This document shows, in pieces, positions 41,580-51,232 of a stretch of DNA of 64,000 nucleotides. The notes below the pieces were generated by a model. That model had not been told where the DNA came from. It searched no databases and saw only the letters and a program-made list of their open reading frames with translations. Position 1 is the first letter of the stretch; the number at the start of each line of letters is the position of its first letter. Both the position numbers and the translations under genes were made by a program. Origin of the DNA: Pseudomonadota bacterium (GTDB taxonomy: Bacteria > Pseudomonadota > Alphaproteobacteria > Micavibrionales > UBA2020); the NCBI GenBank assembly GCA_021849295.1, contig JAJZTA010000006.1, forward strand, positions 18,173-82,172, written 5' to 3'.

Positions 41580-41861
41580 ATGAAAGTCGAACTGATCTAT
41601 TTCGAAGGCTGCCCCAATGCCGCGCCCGCGCGCAACAATCTTGAAAGAGCCGTCGCGGACGCAGGATGCGGCTGTAAAATCACCGAATGGAAACAGGGCG
41701 ACGCGAAAGCGCCGGACTATATCCGCCACTACGGCTCGCCGACCATTCTGATCGACGGCAAGGACATCATGGGCGTGTCGGACGGCGGCGCGGACACATC
41801 CAGGCTTTACGAAGGCGGCGTGCCTTCCGTCGCAACCATTCAGGCCGCGCTGAAGGGCTGA
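41580..41861 (+). CDS. Small thioredoxin-like protein
   Basis: LIYFEGCPN...GSPTILIDGKD; AAGGAG RBS. Confidence 0.7.
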   Translation: MKVELIYFEGCPNAAPARNNLERAVADAGCGCKITEWKQGDAKAPDYIRHYGSPTILIDGKDIMGVSDGGADTSRLYEGGVPSVATIQAALKG

Positions 41862-41894
41862 GCTTTTTTAAGAGATTTCCCCGAAAAAACAATG

Positions 41895-43202
41895 CTAGGC
41901 GCCGATTTCCGCGCCAAGGCCGTTCATCAGGCCGGTGAAATCCGGAAAGCTGGTGGCGATCATGCCGGCGCTGTCGATAAAGACGGGTTCCGCCGCCGCC
42001 ATCCCCAGCACCAGCGCGCTCATGGCGATGCGGTGGTCGAGGTGCGTGGCGACGGTGCAGCCGCCTTTCGGTTGACCGCCGGTGACGCGCAAACTTTCTT
42101 CACCCGCCTCCACGGTCACGCCCGCCCCCGCCAGCATATCCGCCACGGCGGCAAGACGATCGCTTTCTTTCACGCGGAGTTCGCCAAGGCCCGTCATCAC
42201 CGTTTCGCCTTCCGCAAAGGCGGCGGCGATGGCCAGAATCGGGAATTCGTCGATCATCGACGGCGCGCGCTCCGGCGGCACGGTCACGCCTTTGAGTTCG
42301 CTGGAGCGCACACGAATATCCGCGACCTCCTCGCCCGAGGCGCCGCGGCGGTTTTCAAACGCGATATCCGCGCCCATCTCCAGCAGCGTCGTGTAAAGAC
42401 CGTCGCGGCGCGGGTTCATCATCACGTTGGGAACGATGATATCGGAATCTTGCGTGATCAGCGCGGCCACGACGGGAAAAGCCGCCGCACTCGGATCGGC
42501 GGGCACGTGCAGCATGGCGGGGGATTTGAGTTTCTGCCCGCCTTGCAGGCGGATCTCCGCGCCGTCGACCGCGATTTCGACGCCGAACTGGCGCAGCATC
42601 TTTTCGGTATGGTCACGGGTGGGTTGGGGCTCGATGACGACGGTCTCGCCCGCCGCGTTCAGTCCCGCCAGCAGCACGGCGGATTTCACTTGCGCCGAGG
42701 CGACGGGCAGCGTGTAGGTGATGGCCTTCAAATTCCCGCCGATGACTTTCATCGGCAGTTTGTCGCCTTCGAATTTTGCGCCCATTTGCGTGAGCGGCAC
42801 GGTCACGCGCTTCATCGGGCGCTTGCTCAGCGAGGCGTCGCCGGTAAACACGGCGGTGAGCGGAAATCCGGCGACCAGCCCCGCCAGCAGCCGCGCCGAA
42901 GTGCCGCTGTTGCCGAGATAAAGCTCGCCCGCGGGCTGCTGCAACGCGGCGGCGCCGCGGATATGCCAAGTGTCATCTTTCTTCTCTATTTTCGCGCCCA
43001 TGGCGCGCATGGCGTCCGCCGTGTGCAGAACGTCCTCGCCTTCCAGCAAGCCGGTGACCACGGTTTCTCCTTCGGCGATCGCCGAGAGCATCAGCGCGCG
43101 GTGCGAGACGGATTTGTCTCCCGGCACGGCTGCAACGCCGCGCAAGGAGGTGACGGGATGCGAGACGACGGGTGTGTTTTCAGTCCGGATCGCTTTTTTC
43201 AT
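41895..43202 (-). CDS. aroA: 3-phosphoshikimate 1-carboxyvinyltransferase
   Basis: [50 protein letters not shown]. Confidence 0.96.
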   Translation of the reverse strand: MKKAIRTENTPVVSHPVTSLRGVAAVPGDKSVSHRALMLSAIAEGETVVTGLLEGEDVLHTADAMRAMGAKIEKKDDTWHIRGAAALQQPAGELYLGNSGTSARLLAGLVAGFPLTAVFTGDASLSKRPMKRVTVPLTQMGAKFEGDKLPMKVIGGNLKAITYTLPVASAQVKSAVLLAGLNAAGETVVIEPQPTRDHTEKMLRQFGVEIAVDGAEIRLQGGQKLKSPAMLHVPADPSAAAFPVVAALITQDSDIIVPNVMMNPRRDGLYTTLLEMGADIAFENRRGASGEEVADIRVRSSELKGVTVPPERAPSMIDEFPILAIAAAFAEGETVMTGLGELRVKESDRLAAVADMLAGAGVTVEAGEESLRVTGGQPKGGCTVATHLDHRIAMSALVLGMAAAEPVFIDSAGMIATSFPDFTGLMNGLGAEIGA

Positions 43203-44076
43203 CGCGGATTTTCTCCAGATATGTGCGGTAATCGCTGCCTTGCGCGTAAACCTCGATGTTCCTTTCGAACTGCGCGGCGTCGACGAAGCCCAGACGATAG
43301 GTGATTTCCTCAAGGCAGGAGAGTTTCAACGATTGCATGTTCTCCACTTCCTCGACGAAGCGCGCCGCGCGCATCAGCGACTTGTGCGTGCCGACATCGA
43401 TCCACGCCGAGCCGCGTTTCAGCGTTTCGCACTGCAAGCGGCCTTCTTTGATATAGACATTGTTCAAATCGGTGATTTCCAGCTCGCCGCGCGCGGAGGG
43501 CTTTTGCGTTTTCACCTTCTCGACGACGTCGGGCGGATAAATGTAAAGGCCGGTAGCGGCAAAATCCGACTTCGGCTGTTTGGGTTTTTCCTCGATGGCG
43601 ACGACGCGCGGATGTTTCTTTCCCTCCTCGAACACCAGCACGCCGAACCGCTCGGGATCAGGCACGCGGTAGCCGAAAACGAAGGCGTCGCTGTCGTATT
43701 TGGCGATTTTCTCTTTGAGCGCGGGGATGTTGTTGGTGATGAAGAAGATATTGTCGCCGAGAAGCAAACAAACTTTATCGTTGCCGATGAACTCCGCGCC
43801 GAGAATGAACGCCTCGGCGATGCCCTTCGGCGCGTGCTGCACTTTGTAGGAAAGATGGAGCCCGTATTTACTGCCGTCGCCGAGCATCCGCTCGATGTTC
43901 GGCAGGTCGACGGGCGTGGAGATGATGAGGATATCCTTGATCCCCAGCGTCACCATCGTCGCCAGCGGATAATGGATCACCGGCTTATCGTAGACCGCCA
44001 GTAGCTGCTTGCTCACGCACTGCGTCAGGGGATAAAGCCGCGTGCCGCTGCCGCCGGCGAGAATGATGCCTTTCAT
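43180..44076 (-). CDS. rfbA: Glucose-1-phosphate thymidylyltransferase
   Basis: [39 protein letters not shown]. Confidence 0.95.
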   Translation of the reverse strand: MKGIILAGGSGTRLYPLTQCVSKQLLAVYDKPVIHYPLATMVTLGIKDILIISTPVDLPNIERMLGDGSKYGLHLSYKVQHAPKGIAEAFILGAEFIGNDKVCLLLGDNIFFITNNIPALKEKIAKYDSDAFVFGYRVPDPERFGVLVFEEGKKHPRVVAIEEKPKQPKSDFAATGLYIYPPDVVEKVKTQKPSARGELEITDLNNVYIKEGRLQCETLKRGSAWIDVGTHKSLMRAARFVEEVENMQSLKLSCLEEITYRLGFVDAAQFERNIEVYAQGSDYRTYLEKIRDEKSDPD

Positions 44077-44089
44077 AAGTCAAAGCTCC

Positions 44090-45088
44090 TTAATAATGCG
44101 CGAGATACCACTCGACCGTCTTGCGCAGGCCCGTCTCGAAAGTTTCTTCGGGCTTCCAGCCGAGATCGTTGGCGATTTTGGAAGCGTCGATCGCGTAGCG
44201 CACGTCGTGACCGGGGCGGTCGGCGACGAAGGTGATGAGGTCTTCATGCGGGTGGTTCTTGGGCGCGAGTTCGTCCATGATCGCGCAGATGGATTTCACC
44301 ACGTCGATGTTCTTCTTCTCGTTGTGGCCGCCGATGTTGTAGGTGCTGCCGGATTTGGCTTCCGTCGCCACGCGCCACATCGCGCGGACGTGGTCGTCGA
44401 CATAGAGCCAGTCGCGGATCTGATCGCCCTTGCCGTAGATCGGCAGCGGCTTGCCGGCGCGCGCGTTCAAAATCACCAGCGGAATCAGCTTTTCGGGGAA
44501 CTGGTAAGGCCCGTAGTTGTTCGAGCAATTGGTGATGACGGCGGGGAACTTATACGTCCTGTGCCACGCGCGCACCAGATGGTCCGCGCCCGCCTTGCTG
44601 GCGGAATAGGGCGAGCTTGGCGCGTAGGGCGTTTCTTCGGTAAACAAGCCTTCCGGCCCCTCGAGGTCGCCGTAGACCTCGTCGGTCGAGACGTGATGGA
44701 AGCGGAAATTCTTTTTCTTCGTCCCGTCAAGCCCGTTCCAGTATTGCCGCGCCGTCTCGAGCATCGTGTAGGTGCCGACGAGGTTGGTGTGGATGAACGG
44801 CGCCGCGCCTTCGATCGAGCGGTCGACGTGCGATTCCGCCGCGAGATGGATGACGATGTCCGGCTGGCGCGTCTTGAAAACGTCCGCTACCTTTTCGCCG
44901 TTGCAGATATCTTCCTGCACGAAGCTGTAGCGCGGGTCTTGCGCCGCCTCGGCGACGGCCTTGAGATTGCCCGCATAGGTCAGCTTGTCGAGGTTGACGA
45001 CCTTGTTGTCGGTCTCTCTGATCAGATAGCGCACCAGCGCCGAGCCAATAAAGCCCGCCCCGCCGGTGACAAGAATGGTTTTTTGCAT
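44090..45088 (-). CDS. rfbB: dTDP-glucose 4,6-dehydratase
   Basis: [40 protein letters not shown]. Confidence 0.96.
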   Translation of the reverse strand: MQKTILVTGGAGFIGSALVRYLIRETDNKVVNLDKLTYAGNLKAVAEAAQDPRYSFVQEDICNGEKVADVFKTRQPDIVIHLAAESHVDRSIEGAAPFIHTNLVGTYTMLETARQYWNGLDGTKKKNFRFHHVSTDEVYGDLEGPEGLFTEETPYAPSSPYSASKAGADHLVRAWHRTYKFPAVITNCSNNYGPYQFPEKLIPLVILNARAGKPLPIYGKGDQIRDWLYVDDHVRAMWRVATEAKSGSTYNIGGHNEKKNIDVVKSICAIMDELAPKNHPHEDLITFVADRPGHDVRYAIDASKIANDLGWKPEETFETGLRKTVEWYLAHY

Positions 45089-45098
45089 CCTGGCCCCT

Positions 45099-46082
45099 TT
45101 ATTTCGGCTTGAACACCCGCACCGCGTGGCGGAGAATTCTGACCTTCAACGGATATTGCACTTTTTTGATCTCGCCGTCGAGGACGATGGACTTTTCTGC
45201 AACATCGCCCTGATGGCCGTTTTCGGACGCAGCGACGACGAACTCTTTCGCGGTTTCCTTCTCGATGGCGGGGTTTTTGTCCCACGTGCCGCGCAGCACG
45301 TCGGGCAGCATGGCCGGCGCGCCGATCAGGCCGCCTTTGAACACATAAAGAGAAAGCTTGCCCGCGCGCTTTCTGCGGCCCATCACCTGCATCAGCGCGT
45401 CCCTGTAGCTGCGGATATTATACGGCAGCGGATGCACCGGCACCGGATCGACGCTGTTGTTGGTGATGGCGACAATGCGGCCTTCGATCTTTTTGCCCTG
45501 TTTGTGCTCTTCGGAATAGACGGTGAATGTGTTGCTGTTGCGCCCCAGCACGCCCGCCGCCGCTGTAAAGGCCTTGCGCAGCGCGGACATTTTCTCGTCG
45601 TCGCGCATCTTTTCGCGCGCGCGGAAATAATTGAGGCTGTTGTCGTCGAGCGTCATGCCGACGAGGAAATGCAGACCGTTGACCTCGCCGACGTCCATCG
45701 TGGCGCCGTGGCCGCCTTTATATTGCGCGGCCGCTTTTTTGAAGTCGGCGGCAAAGCCGAGCTGGCGCGCGACGAAGTTCTGCGTGCCGAGCGGCAGGAT
45801 GCCCAGCATGACATCGTCGCGGCCCATCGCTTCCTCGACCGCGCTCATCACCGTGCCGTCGCCGCCGCCGATCACCAGACAGCGGTTGCTGCCCGCATTG
45901 TCCCTCACCCAGGCGCGCACGGCCTCCTTGACCTCGTCGCCGGCCACGAAAGTGAAGCTGCCCGTCCTGGCACCGAAGTGCGAGACGATCTCCTCGCGGA
46001 TTTTTTCCTCGCCGTTGCGCATGACGGTGCCGCCGCGGCGGTTCACGATGAAATCAAAAACTTCGGGCTTGTGTCTGGACAT
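45099..46082 (-). CDS. Diacylglycerol/lipid kinase family protein
   Basis: [27 protein letters not shown]. Confidence 0.8.
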   Translation of the reverse strand: MSRHKPEVFDFIVNRRGGTVMRNGEEKIREEIVSHFGARTGSFTFVAGDEVKEAVRAWVRDNAGSNRCLVIGGGDGTVMSAVEEAMGRDDVMLGILPLGTQNFVARQLGFAADFKKAAAQYKGGHGATMDVGEVNGLHFLVGMTLDDNSLNYFRAREKMRDDEKMSALRKAFTAAAGVLGRNSNTFTVYSEEHKQGKKIEGRIVAITNNSVDPVPVHPLPYNIRSYRDALMQVMGRRKRAGKLSLYVFKGGLIGAPAMLPDVLRGTWDKNPAIEKETAKEFVVAASENGHQGDVAEKSIVLDGEIKKVQYPLKVRILRHAVRVFKPK

Positions 46083-46238
46083 GGAAAAATTCCCATAATG
46101 TAAATTTATTATTTAGGTAAAAAAGTACACCCAAAAACGGCGGAAGGCAATGGACATTTTATGGATAAATAGGCAGCATTTTGACCGTGAAATTGTTTTT
46201 TTACCCTGTTGCTGTATCATTCCTAAAAGGGGGACATC

Positions 46239-46760
46239 ATGGGGTTCAATGCCGCTAAATTAAAAGGAATTTTCGCGCTTTACGGGCTAAAGCTGCTCGG
46301 CGCGCTGGCGATTTTCGTCTTCGGGCGCTGGGCGGTCAAGATCGCCGTGGCGATCGTCCGCCGCGTGATGACCGCCGCCAGGGTCGACCAGACGCTGGTC
46401 TCCTTCACCTGCAATCTGCTTTACGGCCTCGGTCTGGTCTTCGTCGTGGTGGCGGCGCTGGCGCAGCTCGGCATCCAGACGACCTCCCTCGCCGCCGCGC
46501 TCGGCGCCGCGGGTCTCGCCGTCGGCCTCGCGCTGCAGGGATCCTTGAGCAATCTCGCCTCGGGCGTGCTGATCATCGCGCTGCATCCCTTCCGCCTCGG
46601 CGACAACATCGAAACCGCGGGCAAGGCGGGCGTCGTCACCGAGATCAACATTTTCACCACCACGCTGAAGACGGAAGACGGGCAGGCGATCATCGTGCCC
46701 AACGGCAAGATCACAGCCGACGTCATCGTCAACCACACCCCCGCCGCGGCGGACGCCTGA
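46239..46760 (+). CDS. mscS: Short MscS-family mechanosensitive channel
   Basis: GAAGLAVGLALQGSLSNLASG, PFRLGD, IIVPNG; ends before the C-terminal domain. Confidence 0.8.
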   Translation: MGFNAAKLKGIFALYGLKLLGALAIFVFGRWAVKIAVAIVRRVMTAARVDQTLVSFTCNLLYGLGLVFVVVAALAQLGIQTTSLAAALGAAGLAVGLALQGSLSNLASGVLIIALHPFRLGDNIETAGKAGVVTEINIFTTTLKTEDGQAIIVPNGKITADVIVNHTPAAADA

Positions 46761-46761
46761 C

Positions 46762-48006
46762 ATGACGAACGCCGCCGCCGACACAACAGCAGAAAGCACC
46801 GCCGCAGAAAGCACCGCGCCGCCCGCAGCGTCCTTCGCCATCCTCGAAACCGAGCGGCCGAAAAAACCGCAGGACATGAACGCCTTTCTCCGCGCCATCC
46901 TCGCCGCCACCGGCAGCAGCGTGCGCTTTCTGCCCGAATGGCTGAAACTCTACACCGGTCCCGGGAAGCTGTTGTTCGAGGAATATCTCAACCTGCGGCT
47001 GTGGGATCCGGAATTTTATCCGCGCAGCGAGCTGAAATCCTTCATCGGCAACTGGGGCATGGTCAAGCTCTGGCGCGCCGTGAACTTCATACAGGAATCG
47101 CGCGCGCTGGCCACGCACAAGCTCGCCGCCGCCGCCGTGCTGGAGGCGCACGGCCTTTCTTCGCCGCCGCTGCTGGGCATGCATGCGGCGGGGGCGATTT
47201 CCGGCGACAAGCGCACGTCAACAGAGAAAGAGCTGGAGGATTTTCTGATCCACACTCTTTCCTATCCCGCCTTCGGCAAGCCTCTGCAGGGGCTGCAGAG
47301 CCTCGGTTCCATCAGCCTCGATTCCGTGGACGCGGAAACCGGCCTGATCTCCTGCGCCGACGGGCGCGAAGTGCCCGCCGCCGCGCTGGCGAAAGAAATC
47401 CACGACGCTTACGCCAAAAGCGGCTACATCTTCCAGCCGCGGCTCGTGCCGCACGACGACGTGCGCAAGGTTTGCGGCGGCCGCATCGCCACCGTGCGCG
47501 TGGTGACCATCGCCATGGAGGACGGCCCGCAGGTCTTCCGGGCGAGCTGGAAGATTCCCGCCGGCTCCAACGGCGCTGACAACTTCTGGCGCACCGGAAA
47601 CATCCTCGCCGCCATCGACCTCGACACCGGCACAGTGACGGGCGCCGTCAGCGGCGCCGGCCTGTCCATGCAAGAGGTCGAAAAGCACCCCGACACCGGC
47701 GCTGCGCTGAAGGGGCTGAAAGTGCCGCTGTGGGAGGAGATTTGCAAAACGGCGCTGGCCGCCGCCGCCGCCTTCCCCGATTTCGGCCTGATCGGCTTCG
47801 ACATCGCCGCGACCAGGGACGGCCCCATCGTCATCGAGGTCAACGACACGCCGGATGCCCCCATGGTGCAAATCGCCCAGCGCAAGGGGATGCTCGGCCC
47901 GCAAATGACCGCCTTTGTGGAGACGCGCCAGCGCGCCTTCGCGGCGTGGAAGGCGGAGCAGAAAAAGATCATGCGGCGCGAATACGGCCCCGGCACCAAA
48001 AAATAA
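46762..48006 (+). CDS. Sugar-transfer-associated ATP-grasp protein
   Basis: FGKP, YIFQPRL, TVRVVT, ADNF, HPDTG, IGFDIA, IEVN. Confidence 0.75.
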   Translation: MTNAAADTTAESTAAESTAPPAASFAILETERPKKPQDMNAFLRAILAATGSSVRFLPEWLKLYTGPGKLLFEEYLNLRLWDPEFYPRSELKSFIGNWGMVKLWRAVNFIQESRALATHKLAAAAVLEAHGLSSPPLLGMHAAGAISGDKRTSTEKELEDFLIHTLSYPAFGKPLQGLQSLGSISLDSVDAETGLISCADGREVPAAALAKEIHDAYAKSGYIFQPRLVPHDDVRKVCGGRIATVRVVTIAMEDGPQVFRASWKIPAGSNGADNFWRTGNILAAIDLDTGTVTGAVSGAGLSMQEVEKHPDTGAALKGLKVPLWEEICKTALAAAAAFPDFGLIGFDIAATRDGPIVIEVNDTPDAPMVQIAQRKGMLGPQMTAFVETRQRAFAAWKAEQKKIMRREYGPGTKK

Positions 48007-48062
48007 AGCGAATCGCGGCAGCGCGGAAGAACAGGGGCGTTGGCCCGCCCGCCAAAAAAAAT

Positions 48063-48090
48063 GCCCCCGCGCCCGCCGCGGGGGCTTCTT
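48063..48090 (+). terminator. GC-rich hairpin, possible terminator
   Basis: GCCCCCGCG-loop-CGCGGGGGC followed by TTCTT. Confidence 0.55.
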
Positions 48091-48208
48091 AAATATCTAT
48101 TTGATTTTTCTTGTTTTTTTATAAAAATCGCTACCGCACATCCGATATTTTTCGCATTTTGCCGCTGGACAAACGGTTTCGGTTTGCTTTAAACATATAC
48201 CTCGTTGT

Positions 48209-48283
48209 TCCCTGGTAGCTCAGCGGTAGAGCAAGCGACTGTTAATCGCTTGGTCGCAAGTTCGATCCTTGCCCAGGGAGCCA
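48209..48283 (+). tRNA. tRNA-Asn (GTT)
   Basis: Acceptor TCCCTGG/CCAGGGA-G-CCA, D arm GCTCAGCGGTAGAGC, anticodon GTT at 48241-48243, TTCGATCC T loop. Confidence 0.97.
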
Positions 48284-48405
48284 TTACCCTAATCGTATAC
48301 GTTCACCCGCATCCGCAGAAGTTCACCAAGCCCTTGCAAACAAAGGGCTAACTTTCCGTGCGCGTCTTTCGGCGTCCGCACAAGGCCGCGTACAACCGCA
48401 ATTTT

Positions 48406-48423
48406 TCGGGGCATATTTCGGGG
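48406..48423 (+). repeat. Putative integrase arm-type sites, left copy
   Basis: TCGGGGCATATTTCGGGG identical to 59202-59219; inverted partial copy AAATATGCCCC at 48444-48454. Confidence 0.7.
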
Positions 48424-48842
48424 TATAAGGCGAGCGGCCATAAAAATATGCCCCAAAGGCAAATGTCCCTCCCCCTGAAGAATCGTTTCGCATCCAAAGG
48501 ACAGGACGCGAAACGCAGGCCGGTACCAAGGTTTGACCCAGTGAAACTTAACAACAAGCCCGGGGGCATTTTCGCCGGTCGGGACGTAAAGGAGTGCGAC
48601 CATGTTTTTTCATGCCCTGTGTTTGCTCACGCTGAAATGTTTACTGATGATGGGCGAGAGCAAAATTTCAAAAATGAAAATAACCCTCTGATGCTTGTTA
48701 CTTACATTCTTGTCGCGAGAAATCGCCATGTAAGTAGGTCCAAAAAAACATCGCTAATCAACATCATAGATTTTTAATAGTTTGATGTTTGACAAAAATA
48801 CAAAAGCCTCTTGTAATTCGAACACAACGAAAGGAACGAACC

Positions 48843-50063
48843 ATGCTGACGAACGCCGAAGTGCACAACGCGAAACCAAAAATAAAGATGTACCGGATGT
48901 TTGATAAGGGTGGCCTCTATCTTGAAGTCATGCCCAACGGCTCCAAATACTGGCGCCAGAAATACATGTTCAACGGTAAGGACAGACGCCTTGCCATGGG
49001 CGTCTATCCCGAAGTCACGCTTGCCGAGGCGCGCGCCAAACGCGACGCTGCCAGAAAACTGGTAGCGGACGGCACCGACCCCGCCTTCGCCAAAAAGGAA
49101 GACAAGCGGCAGAAAATCCTGCGCTCCGTCCACACCTTCGAGGCCGTGGCGCGGGAATGGCACAAAACCCATTCCGTGCTGTGGGCCGGACACTACGGCG
49201 TGAACGTCATTCGCGCGCTGGAGCGGGACATATTCCCCCACATGGGAGACCGTCCCATCGCGGAAATTACCCCGCTGGAACTGCTGGAAGCCGTCAAAAA
49301 GGTCGAAAAGCGGGGTGCCCACGAAATCGCGCGCCGGTGTCTGCGGCTCTGCGGGCAGATATACAAATACGCCATCCCTAACGGGTTGGCCGAGCGCAAC
49401 CCCGCCGCCGATCTTTCCGGCGCGCTGGTGCCCTACAAGAAAAGCCACTATGCGGCCATCGACGCGAAGGAACTTCCGGGCTTTTTGCGTGCGCTTGAAA
49501 GCAACGACGCCCGCCTGTACCAGCAGACCCGCAACGCCGTGAAGATGCTTATGCTGACCTTCACCCGCACCACGGAGCTGATCGAGGCGACGTGGGATGA
49601 AATCGATTTCGACGAGGCCGTGTGGGAAATCCCCGCGGAACGCATGAAGATGCGCAAGCCCCACATCGTACCGCTGTCGAGGCAGGTTCTCGAAATCCTG
49701 AAGGAGCAGAAGGAAATGGCCGGCAAGTGGAAGTGGGTTTTCCCCAGCCAGGTAAGGCCCCTCAAGCCGATGAGCAACAACACCATTCTTTTCGCCATCG
49801 GGCGGCTGGGCTACAAGGGCAGGATGACCGGCCACGGCTTCCGCGCCCTCGCCATGACGACCATCAAGGAGAAGCTCGGCTACCGTCACGAGGTCGTTGA
49901 CCGGCAACTGGCGCACGCTCACCGCAGCAGCGTCGATGCCGCCTACGACCGCGCCCAGTTCCTCGACGAGCGCAGGAAGATGATGCAGGAATGGGCCAAT
50001 CTCGTCGACGCGCTTGCCAGCGAGGGCAAGGTTATTGTCGGCGATTTCAAAAGGAGAGCGTAA
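48843..50063 (+). CDS. P4-type tyrosine integrase with arm-binding domain
   Basis: GGLYLEV..GSKYWR, GVYPEVTLAEAR, R-K-HGFR-H-Y residues (FTRTTEL, MKMRKPH, GHGFRA, QLAH, AYDR). Confidence 0.95.
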   Translation: MLTNAEVHNAKPKIKMYRMFDKGGLYLEVMPNGSKYWRQKYMFNGKDRRLAMGVYPEVTLAEARAKRDAARKLVADGTDPAFAKKEDKRQKILRSVHTFEAVAREWHKTHSVLWAGHYGVNVIRALERDIFPHMGDRPIAEITPLELLEAVKKVEKRGAHEIARRCLRLCGQIYKYAIPNGLAERNPAADLSGALVPYKKSHYAAIDAKELPGFLRALESNDARLYQQTRNAVKMLMLTFTRTTELIEATWDEIDFDEAVWEIPAERMKMRKPHIVPLSRQVLEILKEQKEMAGKWKWVFPSQVRPLKPMSNNTILFAIGRLGYKGRMTGHGFRALAMTTIKEKLGYRHEVVDRQLAHAHRSSVDAAYDRAQFLDERRKMMQEWANLVDALASEGKVIVGDFKRRA

Positions 50064-50944
50064 TGAGAAGAAGAAATCCGTTAGACCAATCCTTTATATC
50101 TCCGCTTAATGAAGCGCTTAATTGCTTGATCCCCGAACCCGTTGTCGATGACATCATAGGTATTTTATCTATTGATCTTGCAAAAATGTGGCCTAGCTAT
50201 AATAGCGATCCTTTTGTTCAATACGCAGTAAAAGAGAGCTTACATAGGGAGATTGCATGGGCCATTCATAGCTATCGGCGTTCTCCCTCGGACTTGGGAA
50301 CAACGCCGAGCAAGATAAAGAAGTATATGGTGAAGTCTAGGAAAACACTCTTTGAGGCCTTAATACTATTAGAGGATTGGGGATACGAAACTTTATTTGA
50401 AATCGGCACTGAGACGAAAGAATATCTCGCTGCCAATAGCGTTCGCCAGAAATCTAAACTTGCGCAGCCAGAAAATGACGGTGCAGGCCCATCTTTCACA
50501 GCAACGGACTTATTTAAAAAACAAGAGTATGAGAAAAATGGCCAATGGGGAAAATACTGCCCTTTTGACCATGATCGATTGCAGGCCATAGAAGCTTTGA
50601 ATCAGACTATTGCTCATTTAGATTTCGCCTTAGAAGACGTAATAGCCAATATAAATGGCAGAGGGATAAAAAAGAAAGCCAACGAGAATACTGATAAGTT
50701 CTTTTTGCTAGCATGTCATATCTATAAAAAATATACGGGGAAACCGCCAGTCTCTTGGAATACAGGAACGGCAGCTCTTAATTCACATCAATTCACAGGA
50801 AAAATAATACCGTTCTTGCGAGCTATTTTGCCATACACCCAATATCGCGGAGAAATAACGCCGGATGCGCTGCAAGCAAAAATCGCGCGCATGAGAAAAG
50901 ATAATCCGGAATTCAAAAAGTTATCTGACGACAGAAAAAGGTAA
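50063..50944 (+). CDS. Hypothetical protein, coupled to the integrase
   Basis: TAATG overlap, AGGAGA RBS, AT-rich ORF; no recognised domain. Confidence 0.7.
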   Translation: MRRRNPLDQSFISPLNEALNCLIPEPVVDDIIGILSIDLAKMWPSYNSDPFVQYAVKESLHREIAWAIHSYRRSPSDLGTTPSKIKKYMVKSRKTLFEALILLEDWGYETLFEIGTETKEYLAANSVRQKSKLAQPENDGAGPSFTATDLFKKQEYEKNGQWGKYCPFDHDRLQAIEALNQTIAHLDFALEDVIANINGRGIKKKANENTDKFFLLACHIYKKYTGKPPVSWNTGTAALNSHQFTGKIIPFLRAILPYTQYRGEITPDALQAKIARMRKDNPEFKKLSDDRKR

Positions 50945-51041
50945 TATTTTTCTTTTGTTGCCCGATTAGATTAAAGAACAGCATTCGCCTAGCCTCATAA
51001 CTAACGCAGCAATCCTGCTGTTTTTATATGAGGAGGAAATA

Positions 51042-51218
51042 ATGGATAGAGTATCGCTCTCGATTGCCGAGGCATGCGCCATTACCGGCATCGGCCGCAC
51101 ACTTTTATATCAAGCAATACGGGACAATAGGATTCCGGTCAGGAAATGGAACAGGCGAAGCTTGATTCTTAAGACTGACCTAGAGAACTTTCTTAGCAAG
51201 CTCCCCACTCAAAATTAA
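51042..51218 (+). CDS. Excisionase/AlpA-like HTH protein (58 aa)
   Basis: Manually translated MDRVSLSIAEACAITGIGRTLLYQAIRDNRIPVRKWNRRSLILKTDLENFL; GAGGAGG RBS; not in the ORF track. Confidence 0.85.
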   Translation: MDRVSLSIAEACAITGIGRTLLYQAIRDNRIPVRKWNRRSLILKTDLENFLSKLPTQN

Positions 51219-51232
51219 GGACACAAAAAAAA

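Noticed and set aside
48289..48777. Small ORFs between the tRNA and the integrase
   Set aside because: Region is explained by att and arm-type sites; no RBS or motifs
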